Source of the DNA: Dehalococcoidia bacterium
GTDB taxonomy: Bacteria > Chloroflexota > Dehalococcoidia > Bin125
Direction of reading: 5' to 3'
Assembly (NCBI GenBank): GCA_963663895.2
Contig: CAXXRD010000003.1
Location: 160,001 to 224,000 of the forward strand
DNA length: 64,000 nucleotides
Part shown: positions 47,656-56,200 of the stretch, in pieces
Position numbering within the stretch: the stretch's first letter is position 1
Layout of the letters: each line of letters begins with the position of its first letter
The notes under the pieces: generated by a model
Database searches by the model: none
Told to the model about the DNA's origin: nothing
Seen by the model: only the letters and a program-made list of their open reading frames with translations
Position numbers and translations under genes: made by a program

Positions 47656-48957
47656 ATGACGCAACGATTCGTGCCGCCTACGGAGATGCTGCCGGTCGAG
47701 GAAGCGCTGGCGCGGATCCTCGATCTGTGTGAAGTGCTTCCCCCCGAACGGCAAGCCTTGAAAGAAGCGCACGGTCACATACTAGCGGAGGACGTGAAGG
47801 CGCCGTTCGACATTCCGCCGCTCGATAACACGGCGATGGACGGATACGCGGTGCATGCAGCCGACACCGCCGGAGCGAGCGAGGCGGAAGTCGCGCGGCT
47901 GTCAGTGGTGGGCGAACTCGCAGCTGGCTACCTCTTCGAAGGAGTCGTGGGAGCAGGGGAAGCGGTGCGGATCATGACGGGCGCGCCGATCCCCGAGGGA
48001 GCGGACAGCATTGTGCCGTTCGAAGAAAGCGACGAGGAAGGGCTGCGCGCACCCGGTCAGACGCACGAGGCGATTAGATCGGTCGGGGTGACGAAAGAAG
48101 CGAAGCCCGGCGCCAACATCCGCCGGCGGGGCGAAGATGTGCGTGCCGAAGAAACGATCTTGCAGAAGGGCACGCTGCTGCGGGGAGCACAGATAGCAGT
48201 GCTGGCGTCAATGGGGACCAGCGCGGTCACCGTGATCCGACGACCGCGCGTCGCTGTGCTCTCGACGGGAGATGAACTACTCCAGCCGGGCCAACCGCCG
48301 GCGCCTGGCAAGATCTACGACAGCAATGCCCCTGGGCTGGCCGCGTTAGTGGAAGAGTACGGCGGGATCGCGCTGCGGCTGGGGATCGCGAAGGATACCG
48401 TTGCCGCCCTCACGGCCAAAATCCAGGAAGCGCTATCGGCCGACCTGGTCGTGACGTCGGCGGGCGTATCACGCGGCGACTTCGACGTGGTAAAGGAGGT
48501 CTTGGCACGGGAAGGGGCGATCGACTTTTGGACGGTGCGGATGAAGCCGGGAAAGCCGCTGGCGTTTGGAACGTTCGCGGCGCCGGACGGACGCCGGGTA
48601 CCGCACATCGGCCTGCCGGGCAATCCGGTGTCGTCGCTGCTGGCCTTCGAGCTGTTCGGGAGACCAGTGATCCACAAGATGCTGGGGCGAACACCCAAGG
48701 CTCGGCCGCTGCTGCAGGCGGTGGTGGACGAAGCGATCGTGAACACCGATGGGCGCCGGGTGTACGCGCGGGCGATCGTGCGGATGGGAGAGGACGGTCG
48801 CTGGCACGCACGGCTGACGGGCCCCCAGGGATCGGGAGTACTGACGTCGATGGCGCGAGCCAACGGGCTGGCGATCTGCCCAGAAGATCGATCGCAGATC
48901 GATCCCGGTGAAGACACCACCGTGATCATGCTGGACTGGGATCAGCCTTTAGACTGA
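47656..48957 (+). CDS. moeA: Molybdopterin molybdotransferase MoeA
   Basis: PPLDNTAMDGYA, IMTGAPIP, STGDEL, MKPGKP, GLPGNPVS. Confidence 0.96.
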   Translation: MTQRFVPPTEMLPVEEALARILDLCEVLPPERQALKEAHGHILAEDVKAPFDIPPLDNTAMDGYAVHAADTAGASEAEVARLSVVGELAAGYLFEGVVGAGEAVRIMTGAPIPEGADSIVPFEESDEEGLRAPGQTHEAIRSVGVTKEAKPGANIRRRGEDVRAEETILQKGTLLRGAQIAVLASMGTSAVTVIRRPRVAVLSTGDELLQPGQPPAPGKIYDSNAPGLAALVEEYGGIALRLGIAKDTVAALTAKIQEALSADLVVTSAGVSRGDFDVVKEVLAREGAIDFWTVRMKPGKPLAFGTFAAPDGRRVPHIGLPGNPVSSLLAFELFGRPVIHKMLGRTPKARPLLQAVVDEAIVNTDGRRVYARAIVRMGEDGRWHARLTGPQGSGVLTSMARANGLAICPEDRSQIDPGEDTTVIMLDWDQPLD

Positions 48958-49333
48958 GCTTGCCGCTTCGGTTCGGTAGCATCGCCTTCCCATAGAGACG
49001 CCGGAGCCAAACCCACGAGACCATCCGTGCGATCTTTACTGAGATCGACAAGCGGCATTCCTGGCCGACGGAGATGGCCTGAGCGACCTTGCGCCGGACA
49101 CACGGTCCCTTCGGGAAAGGAGCAAGCGGGTGGCAAAAATGGCGCGGTGCGAGAGCAGAACGGGATCTCAGGCTGGGAGCGAGGGACCTTGAACGTTCCT
49201 CGCGCGAAGAGATGGATCAGATCAGGCGCGAGTTCCCGCTGGCGAACGTTAGCATGAGTCGCAAGGGCATGTTCACTGCGTATCCGCCGATGCTGGACTA
49301 GCCAGAAACACAAACGATGGCGAGGCAGATCCG

Positions 49334-49537
49334 ATGAATAAAGGCCGAGTGGTAGCAACGATCTTCGTATGGCTGTCATGGGCGGCCGTGATCATCGCGC
49401 TGAACACGCACAGCTCGCCCAACATCACGTCGACCGGCATCGAGACAGTCTCAATCGTCGCCTCAGCGATGGTGGTGCCGGGAACGGTCGCGGTGTGGTT
49501 GGGCGACATCCGCCGCAAAGACAAGCCGGCAAAATAG
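49334..49537 (+). CDS. Small two-TM hypothetical protein
   Basis: VVATIFVWLSWAAVIIAL and IVASAMVVPGTVAVWLG; GAGG RBS. Confidence 0.6.
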   Translation: MNKGRVVATIFVWLSWAAVIIALNTHSSPNITSTGIETVSIVASAMVVPGTVAVWLGDIRRKDKPAK

Positions 49538-49674
49538 TACAGGCGCTCGGCAGCACCTCCAGTCAGGATGCTTGGGCAAGTCGACCCCAGACCGCCGAGC
49601 AAGCAGCGACGCGCGCGGATATCTCCCCCAGCCACTTGAGACAGTGGAGCGCTGATTAGCGTTGGCCCGCACCC

Positions 49675-50007
49675 TCAGCGCCAGGTGAAGCCGTCGAACT
49701 CGCGGGTGGCAGCGCTAAAGGACGCCTCAACTGCGACGACGTAGGCCACCGCCGGGCCGCTGCGAAGCTCGGCCAAGAGACGATCGAGCTGATCTCTGGA
49801 CGCCTCCGCCACCACTTCCACCTCCGTACCGCTTGGAAGGTTCCGCGCGTAGCCCGTAACCCGTGCGACCGCCGGGCCGCTCAACGAGTGAGCGACCCGT
49901 GTGCAAAAGTCACGGAAGCCAACGCCCTGCACCCGTCCACGGACTAGGGCGTTGAGGCGGACGATCTCGGGCGTTACGTCGTCCTGCGACACGCGGCGCC
50001 CGCTCAA
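49675..50007 (-). CDS. acyP: Acylphosphatase
   Basis: VRGRVQGVGFR, GYARNL, VEVVAE. Confidence 0.92.
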   Translation of the reverse strand: MSGRRVSQDDVTPEIVRLNALVRGRVQGVGFRDFCTRVAHSLSGPAVARVTGYARNLPSGTEVEVVAEASRDQLDRLLAELRSGPAVAYVVAVEASFSAATREFDGFTWR

Positions 50008-51725
50008 TCCTCAGCTGTCAGCTGGCCGACCACCTTCCCGACCAACTGGGGCGGCACGTCGTCTCGGATGACGGGACGGCCCGGCTCCTTGAGGAGCACC
50101 CAGCGTACGGACCCCGCGCTGACCTTCTTATCACTGCGGATGGCCCGTTGAACCGCCTCCGCATCGACGCCGGGAGCGGCCAAGGGCAAGCTGTAGCGGT
50201 TCATGATCTCACGGTGCCGCTCGACGATCGCACTATCTAGTCCAATCACTTCCTCCGCGATCCGCGCCGCTCCCAGCAAGCCGATCCCCAAAGCTTCGCC
50301 ATGCAGGAAGCGACCGTAATCCGTCACTGCTTCCAGCGCATGGGCGATGGTGTGGCCGTAGTTCAGGATCATCCGTAGCTCCGACTCGCGCTCGTCGGCG
50401 GAGACAACAGCGGCCTTAATGGCGATATTGCGCCCGACAAGGTCAACGGCGCGGCGGCGATCGCTGGCACTCTTGCCAAGCGTCAGCAACATCGCCGCAT
50501 CGCGCTCGAGATCATCAAGCATGGCCGGGTCACGGATCCAAGCGTGCTTGATCACTTCAGCGAAACCAGCGCGGCGCTCCCGCAGAGGAAGGGTCGCAAG
50601 CGCGGCGAGGTCGGAGATAACGGCCTTCGGTTGATGGAAAGCGCCGACCATGTTCTTGCCCGTGGGGAGGTTGACGGCGACTTTGCCGCCGATCGCTGCA
50701 TCGACCATGGCCAGAAGCGTGGTAGGCACGTGGACGAGGGGCATGCCACGGAGATAGGTGGCTGCAGCGGTCCCGGCTAAGTCGGTGACGACGCCGCCGC
50801 CGATCGCAATCACGACATCGCGGCGCTCGGCGCGCTCGGCGGCGAGCCATGCATAGATGTCGGCGAGGCCATCGAGATTCTTGCTGCGCTCACCGGCAAG
50901 GACGGTGAAAAGCCGAGCGCTGCGACCCCCTGTACGGAGTGCCCGCAGCGCGGCCGCTACGAAGTGCTCCACTCCTTGGTCGGCGACGACGAAACAGCGG
51001 CCGCCGGCTCCCACTGCTTCGAGCTTTGCAGGCAGCTTGTCGATCAGGCCCCAGCCGACGTAGACGGGATAGTCGCCGCTGGCCGCATTCACGACGCAAG
51101 CGAGATCGTCTCCGAAGTCCGGCGAGAGAGGAGCCGCCACATCCGGGCCTGCGACGATGGCCGCGACGCGCCCGGGCACGCGAAGAATCCGCTGGGCCTG
51201 TCGCTGGAGCGCAGCGGCAACCTCCGTCACCACTGCATTGATGTCGAGCGCGTCGGTGTGCACCGTGAGATCGGCGAGCGCGTAGAAAGGCTGCCGTACC
51301 GCCTTGAGGGTGCGAATGCGGGACAGCGCCTCGACATCCCCGCCAGCCAGAAGCGGCCGGGGGGCGGAGTCCTGCGTCGCGACGCGGGCGGCGATCGTCT
51401 CGGGACGCGCCTCCAGCAGAACGATGACGCCGTCCTCGGCCAAGAGACGCCGAGATTCAGCGTCCCCGAACGCACCGCCGCCGGTCGCGATCACCACCCC
51501 GGGCTCCAGCGTGGCGGTGCGGACTGCCGCGCGCTCGAGGGCGCGGAAAGCGGGCTCGCCATCTTCGGCGAAGATGCGGGAAATCGGACGACCAGCCTGC
51601 GCTTCGACGAGCGCGTCCGTGTCAACAGCCGCCATATCCAGGCGGTCGGCCAGTGCGCGCGCAACCGTCGACTTGCCGCTGCCGCTGAAACCGATGAGAA
51701 CGACGCGCTGCGGGTCGAGCGCCAT
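50004..51725 (-). CDS. aroKB: Bifunctional shikimate kinase / 3-dehydroquinate synthase
   Basis: GFSGSGKST, GEPAFR, ATGGG, RPLL; then GERSK, GGGVVTD, PTTLLAMVDAAIGGK, LNYGHT. Confidence 0.95.
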   Translation of the reverse strand: MALDPQRVVLIGFSGSGKSTVARALADRLDMAAVDTDALVEAQAGRPISRIFAEDGEPAFRALERAAVRTATLEPGVVIATGGGAFGDAESRRLLAEDGVIVLLEARPETIAARVATQDSAPRPLLAGGDVEALSRIRTLKAVRQPFYALADLTVHTDALDINAVVTEVAAALQRQAQRILRVPGRVAAIVAGPDVAAPLSPDFGDDLACVVNAASGDYPVYVGWGLIDKLPAKLEAVGAGGRCFVVADQGVEHFVAAALRALRTGGRSARLFTVLAGERSKNLDGLADIYAWLAAERAERRDVVIAIGGGVVTDLAGTAAATYLRGMPLVHVPTTLLAMVDAAIGGKVAVNLPTGKNMVGAFHQPKAVISDLAALATLPLRERRAGFAEVIKHAWIRDPAMLDDLERDAAMLLTLGKSASDRRRAVDLVGRNIAIKAAVVSADERESELRMILNYGHTIAHALEAVTDYGRFLHGEALGIGLLGAARIAEEVIGLDSAIVERHREIMNRYSLPLAAPGVDAEAVQRAIRSDKKVSAGSVRWVLLKEPGRPVIRDDVPPQLVGKVVGQLTAED

Positions 51726-51736
51726 GGCGTTTCTGT

Positions 51737-52942
51737 CTACTCCGGCCCGCCGGACGCTCGTGGACCGATGGTCGCGCGGTAGGACTGCATGTTGCGGCGC
51801 GTCTCGTCCAGATGGTCGCCGCCGTGCTTCTCCAGCACCGCGTCCGCAAAGACGAGGGCAAGCATCGCCTCAACAATGACCCCAGCAGCATGGACCACAC
51901 AGACATCGGAGCGCTCGAAGTGGGCTTCGACACGGTCGCCGCTATCGAGGTCGGCGGAGGGGAGGGGATGGGCAAGAGTCGCGATCGGCTTGATCGCGAC
52001 CCGTACGACCACGTCCTCGCCGGTCGTCATACCCCCCTCAATGCCGCCGTGATTGTTGGTGAGGTGGCGCCAAGGGCGATCGTCCCACTCGTCTCGGGGA
52101 GCGATCACGTCGTGCACCGCAGATCCCCGCTGCGAAGCACCGCGGAAACCGGCGCCGAACTCGACGCCTTTAAAAGCGTTCATGCTGAGGAGGGCCTGCG
52201 CAATACGCCCGTCGAGCTTGCGATCCCAGTGGACATGGCTGCCGAGCCCATAGGGCACGCGGGTGACACGTCCCTCCACCACGCCGCCGATGGTGTCGCC
52301 ATCACTCTTGGCAGCGTCGATCGCAGCAACCATGCGAGCGGCGGCGGCGGAATCGGCACAGCGGACGCGCGATTCCTCCACGGCGGCCCAGTCGATCGGA
52401 CCGGAAGGCTCCGCCCTGATGTCGCCGATCTGGATGACGTGGCTGTGGAAACCCAACCCACACTCTTCGAGAAAGCGACGAGCGACCGCGCCAGCAGCGA
52501 CACGCGCGGCGCTCTCGCGCGCGCTTGCACGTTCGAGCGAGTCCCGCACATCGTCGTAGCCGTACTTCACTGCGGCGGGGAGATCGGCGTGGCCGGGGCG
52601 CAATCGCGTGACCCGTGCGATCGGCTGGGCCGGCGGATCGAGCGCCATCGTCTCAGTCCACGGGGTACCGTCTGGGCCTTTCCCCGCGGCATGATCGCGG
52701 TTCTCAATCCAAAGCGCGACTGGGCTTCCGATAGTCCGGCCGTGACGGACGCCTGCGCGGATGTGCGCATAGTCGCTCTCGATCCGCATACGGCCGCCGC
52801 GTCCGTGGCCCTTCTGACGCCGGGCAAGCTGAGCCCGCAAGCCGGCCTCGTTCATGGGCACACCAGCGGGCAGCCCTTCGACGATCACGGTCAACCCCGG
52901 ACCATGCGACTCCCCCGCGGTGAACCAGCGAAAGCGCCCCAC
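51737..52942 (-). CDS. aroC: Chorismate synthase
   Basis: TAGESHG, RPGHAD, ERASARE, GGIEGGMTTG, ERSDVC. Confidence 0.97.
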   Translation of the reverse strand: MGRFRWFTAGESHGPGLTVIVEGLPAGVPMNEAGLRAQLARRQKGHGRGGRMRIESDYAHIRAGVRHGRTIGSPVALWIENRDHAAGKGPDGTPWTETMALDPPAQPIARVTRLRPGHADLPAAVKYGYDDVRDSLERASARESAARVAAGAVARRFLEECGLGFHSHVIQIGDIRAEPSGPIDWAAVEESRVRCADSAAAARMVAAIDAAKSDGDTIGGVVEGRVTRVPYGLGSHVHWDRKLDGRIAQALLSMNAFKGVEFGAGFRGASQRGSAVHDVIAPRDEWDDRPWRHLTNNHGGIEGGMTTGEDVVVRVAIKPIATLAHPLPSADLDSGDRVEAHFERSDVCVVHAAGVIVEAMLALVFADAVLEKHGGDHLDETRRNMQSYRATIGPRASGGPE

Positions 52943-52954
52943 GCCTTTTCTCCC

Positions 52955-53665
52955 CTAGGACCCGCTGACGCGGTGCGCAGTGGCAGCGGCGACCGCAGCG
53001 GGTTCAGCGGGCTCAGCGGGCTCGGGGGCCGGCAGCGTCGCCGCCAGCTCCGGAGGAACGGATGGAAGCTCCACGGGCAGTGCCTCGCCCGAATCGCTGA
53101 TCCGCACAACTAGGTCGAAGGCCGCGACGATCGTGTGGGAGTCGCCCGAGTCCCAGTCGATGGGAGCAGCCCGCACGCGGTCGGCGAGGGAAGAGAGGAT
53201 CGGCCGGGCTATGGCGCTGCCATCCTCATTGCGGAAGGTGGTAAAGACATCCACGCGGACGAAGCCGGGGCGCAAGTTCGGCACGTCGTAAAGCAGCATC
53301 TCGGTCAACTTGCTCACGGTGGAAACAGCGGTATCGTACGCGGTCGCGACCTGAACGCGCTTGCCATCAACGACGCGGAACTCCGCTTCGGCGGTGGTAC
53401 TCACCTGTACGAACTGACCGCTGCCGGCGAGTAGCTCCATCCCTTGCACACCAGCCCAAACCGCGGCGCTCGTGCCTTTGGGCGGCCGTTGCGTACGCCA
53501 GCGATTGATCTCGCCGATGAGAATGCCGTTAATCGCTTCGAAGTCACCTTCGGCGACGAGGCGGCGCCAAAATATATGCGTGCGTACCTCTTTGAACAAC
53601 ACAAAGCCGATCAGAATGAAGAGAAGGAAGATAAGAATGGCAGCGATAAGGAGTGCATCGGTCAC
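52955..53665 (-). CDS. Hypothetical protein with N-terminal membrane anchor
   Basis: Hydrophobic N-terminus; start overlaps the aroE stop; lies in the aro operon. Confidence 0.8.
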   Translation of the reverse strand: MTDALLIAAILIFLLFILIGFVLFKEVRTHIFWRRLVAEGDFEAINGILIGEINRWRTQRPPKGTSAAVWAGVQGMELLAGSGQFVQVSTTAEAEFRVVDGKRVQVATAYDTAVSTVSKLTEMLLYDVPNLRPGFVRVDVFTTFRNEDGSAIARPILSSLADRVRAAPIDWDSGDSHTIVAAFDLVVRISDSGEALPVELPSVPPELAATLPAPEPAEPAEPAAVAAATAHRVSGS

Positions 53666-54546
53666 GGCGTCTGCTCCGTCTGCTCCGGCGACAGCGGATC
53701 ACGCATCGCTGCTTCAGCCGCGGCAAACATCGCCGCCAATGGCGCGGCCCGGCGCGTCCAAAGCTCAAAGGAAGCCGCGCCTTGGTGGACGAGCATCGGT
53801 AAACCACCCAAAGATTTATGGCCAGTCGCGCGCGCCCTGCGCACGAGCGGCGTCTCCATGGGATTCGCGACTAGGTCTACCACAACGGCCTCCGAACGGA
53901 GAGCCCCTGTATCGAACGGGATCTCACTCGCAGTATCGCTGCCCTTGAGACCAACCGGGGTGCAGTGGACGACAATGTCACAGGTACGCAGTTCCTCAAC
54001 CGTTCGCTCCTCGTCGCACCCATAGGCGCGAAGGCGGACGGCGCCGGGGTGGGCAGCGAGATCGTGGCGCAGGCGGCCGGCACGGGCGGGAGAGCGATTA
54101 ATGATCGTGAGTGCGCCCGCACCGCGCCAAACGAGAGCCCATGCGACGGCTCGCGCGGCCCCACCCGCGCCCCAGATACAGATATGCGCACCCTGGGGAT
54201 CGATACCGGCGCCTTCCAATGCCGCTTGGAAACCACCAACATCGCTGTTGTAGCCCTCAAGCTCCCCGTTGACGTTAACGACGGTATTGATCGCGCCGAC
54301 AAAGCGCGCGGTCTGATGCAATCGATCGACAAAGCGCGCCGCACTCCCTTTGTGTGGGATCGTGACGTTGGCGCCGAGGACGGCGTCCGCACGAAGACCG
54401 TTGATGGCGGCGGGGAGATCCTGAGGAAGCACGTCCCAAGCTTCGTAGCGCGCGTTGATGCCAAGTGCATCAAAAGCCGCCTGCTGGAAACACGGGGAGA
54501 TGCTGTGCATGACCGGGTGCCCTATCAGACCGACGCGTGCGCTCAC
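53662..54546 (-). CDS. aroE: Shikimate dehydrogenase
   Basis: GHPVMHSISP, GANVTIPHK, GAINT, NSD, GAGGAAR, GLPMLVHQG. Confidence 0.96.
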   Translation of the reverse strand: MSARVGLIGHPVMHSISPCFQQAAFDALGINARYEAWDVLPQDLPAAINGLRADAVLGANVTIPHKGSAARFVDRLHQTARFVGAINTVVNVNGELEGYNSDVGGFQAALEGAGIDPQGAHICIWGAGGAARAVAWALVWRGAGALTIINRSPARAGRLRHDLAAHPGAVRLRAYGCDEERTVEELRTCDIVVHCTPVGLKGSDTASEIPFDTGALRSEAVVVDLVANPMETPLVRRARATGHKSLGGLPMLVHQGAASFELWTRRAAPLAAMFAAAEAAMRDPLSPEQTEQTP

Positions 54547-55679
54547 GGCGCGCGCTCGGCCTCTGCATCGTCCGGTCCCTCCTCGCCCACGTCCCCTATC
54601 GGCACCTGATCGCCTAAGCCAAGGAATTCCCGTGCGTTTCTTAGATGTTCGTCAAATGTTTCAGCGAAGACGTGGGAACCGTCTCCGCGAGCAACGAAGA
54701 AAAAAAGGTTGCTGGGTGGTGGGTCGATAGCAGCAGCAATAGAAGCATCGCCAGGATTCGCTATTGGCCCAGGTGGGAGCCCCGCAGTGACGTATGTGTT
54801 GTACGGGGAAGGGAAAGTGAGGTCGTCAAGAGTAAGAGCCGTTTTCCAGTAGCCGAAACGCTCGATGCTGCCCGGTGTTTCGGAGATCGCATACTGCACG
54901 GTGACATCGGACTCCAAGCGAATCCCTTCGCCGAGACGGTTACGGAAGACCGATGCGATCAGCGCTCGCTCCTCAGCGACTAATGTCTCACGCTCCACGA
55001 TGGAGGCGAGGGTGAGAGTCTCGTGCACGCTCCGCCCCTGCCGACTGAGCTGGAAGAGACGATCGGGCGGAAAGGCTTGGTCAAGGCGCTCGAGCATCTG
55101 GCGAACGACCTCGCCGCCAGTCGCGCGCAAAGAGAAAGTGTAGGTAGCCGGAAAAAGATAACCTTCGAGCGAGGCGCCAAGCGGGCGATCGGCAGCCAGC
55201 GTGCCACTCCAATTCGTCGGCTCCTCCAGCGCGGCGAAAAACTCAGCCTCCCCCACAACGCCGTTCGCGGCGAGGATTGCGGCGACCTCCTCCAGTCGAC
55301 GTCCCTCAGGGATCGTAACAATGCGCGGAGAGGTGACCCCGCCGTAGATCCGTTCCAGCACTTGGAGTGCCGAGAGGCCCGGTTCGAAGTCGTACGTCCC
55401 TGCCTGGAGCTGGTCGGCGTATCCAAGCAAGGCAGCCAGTGACTCGAACTGGCGGGAGGATCGGACAACGTCTGCCTCCTCCAATTTCTCCCCAATGCTC
55501 TGGGCAGATTCACCCGCGCGCACATCGATCGTGACGATGCCGCGCGGCGGAAGTGGCTCGCTGTCCAGAGGGGGGACCGTGTCCCCAAACGTATCGCCGG
55601 GGACGGCCAACGAGATAAGGACGGCGGCACTCGCCAGCGCCGACGCGATCGCGATGCCCAGCAACCAAGGCGCGCGCAC
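54543..55679 (-). CDS. mltG: Endolytic transglycosylase MltG
   Basis: TIPEG, LEGYLFPATY, LASIVERE, VFRNRL, SPYNTY...GLPPGPIANPG. Confidence 0.95.
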   Translation of the reverse strand: MRAPWLLGIAIASALASAAVLISLAVPGDTFGDTVPPLDSEPLPPRGIVTIDVRAGESAQSIGEKLEEADVVRSSRQFESLAALLGYADQLQAGTYDFEPGLSALQVLERIYGGVTSPRIVTIPEGRRLEEVAAILAANGVVGEAEFFAALEEPTNWSGTLAADRPLGASLEGYLFPATYTFSLRATGGEVVRQMLERLDQAFPPDRLFQLSRQGRSVHETLTLASIVERETLVAEERALIASVFRNRLGEGIRLESDVTVQYAISETPGSIERFGYWKTALTLDDLTFPSPYNTYVTAGLPPGPIANPGDASIAAAIDPPPSNLFFFVARGDGSHVFAETFDEHLRNAREFLGLGDQVPIGDVGEEGPDDAEAERAP

Positions 55680-55683
55680 GGTT

Positions 55684-56184
55684 TCAGTGTTCCGTTCGCG
55701 CCGGATGATGCGCGCTCACCGCAGCAGGATCATGACTCTGCCTGTCCAACCAGCGCTGCAGGATCACGGCTGCAGCAGCCGCGTGGCGCGCGCGCCGGCG
55801 GCGCCGGTGATCACGGGGACGCAGCTTCGCGGCGGAGGCGCCGCTGCGCGCATCCACTACCAGATCGTCGACCGCGTTGGAATACCGCTCACTGACAGTA
55901 ACGGCCGGGAGTTGCAATGCAGCGGCAAGACGCTCGCCATAGCGCCGGAACCGCGTGGCTTGGGCATCCTCGCCACCATCCGGGCCGAGGGGAACACCGA
56001 TCAGGGCCAAACTCGCGCCGTCCGGATACAACAGCTGTCGAATGCACGCGACGCCTTCGTCTGACTCAACGCGCCGATCGATCGTGGTCAGAGGAAGCGC
56101 GAGTCGCCGGGCGGCGTCGGAGATGGCAAACCCGACCCAACGCTCGCCAGGATCGATCGCGAGCACACGCGCGGATACGCGCAT
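55684..56184 (-). CDS. ruvX: YqgF/RuvX pre-16S rRNA nuclease family
   Basis: VLAIDPGERWVGFAISD, IGVPL, ERYS, AAAVILQRWLD; start ATG 56184. Confidence 0.88.
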   Translation of the reverse strand: MRVSARVLAIDPGERWVGFAISDAARRLALPLTTIDRRVESDEGVACIRQLLYPDGASLALIGVPLGPDGGEDAQATRFRRYGERLAAALQLPAVTVSERYSNAVDDLVVDARSGASAAKLRPRDHRRRRRARHAAAAAVILQRWLDRQSHDPAAVSAHHPARTEH

Positions 56185-56200
56185 CGTGGAGATCGAGTCG

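Noticed and set aside
50004-51725. aroK-aroB fusion (and the exonuclease-DinG fusion) as novelty
   Set aside because: Both are well-known architectures.
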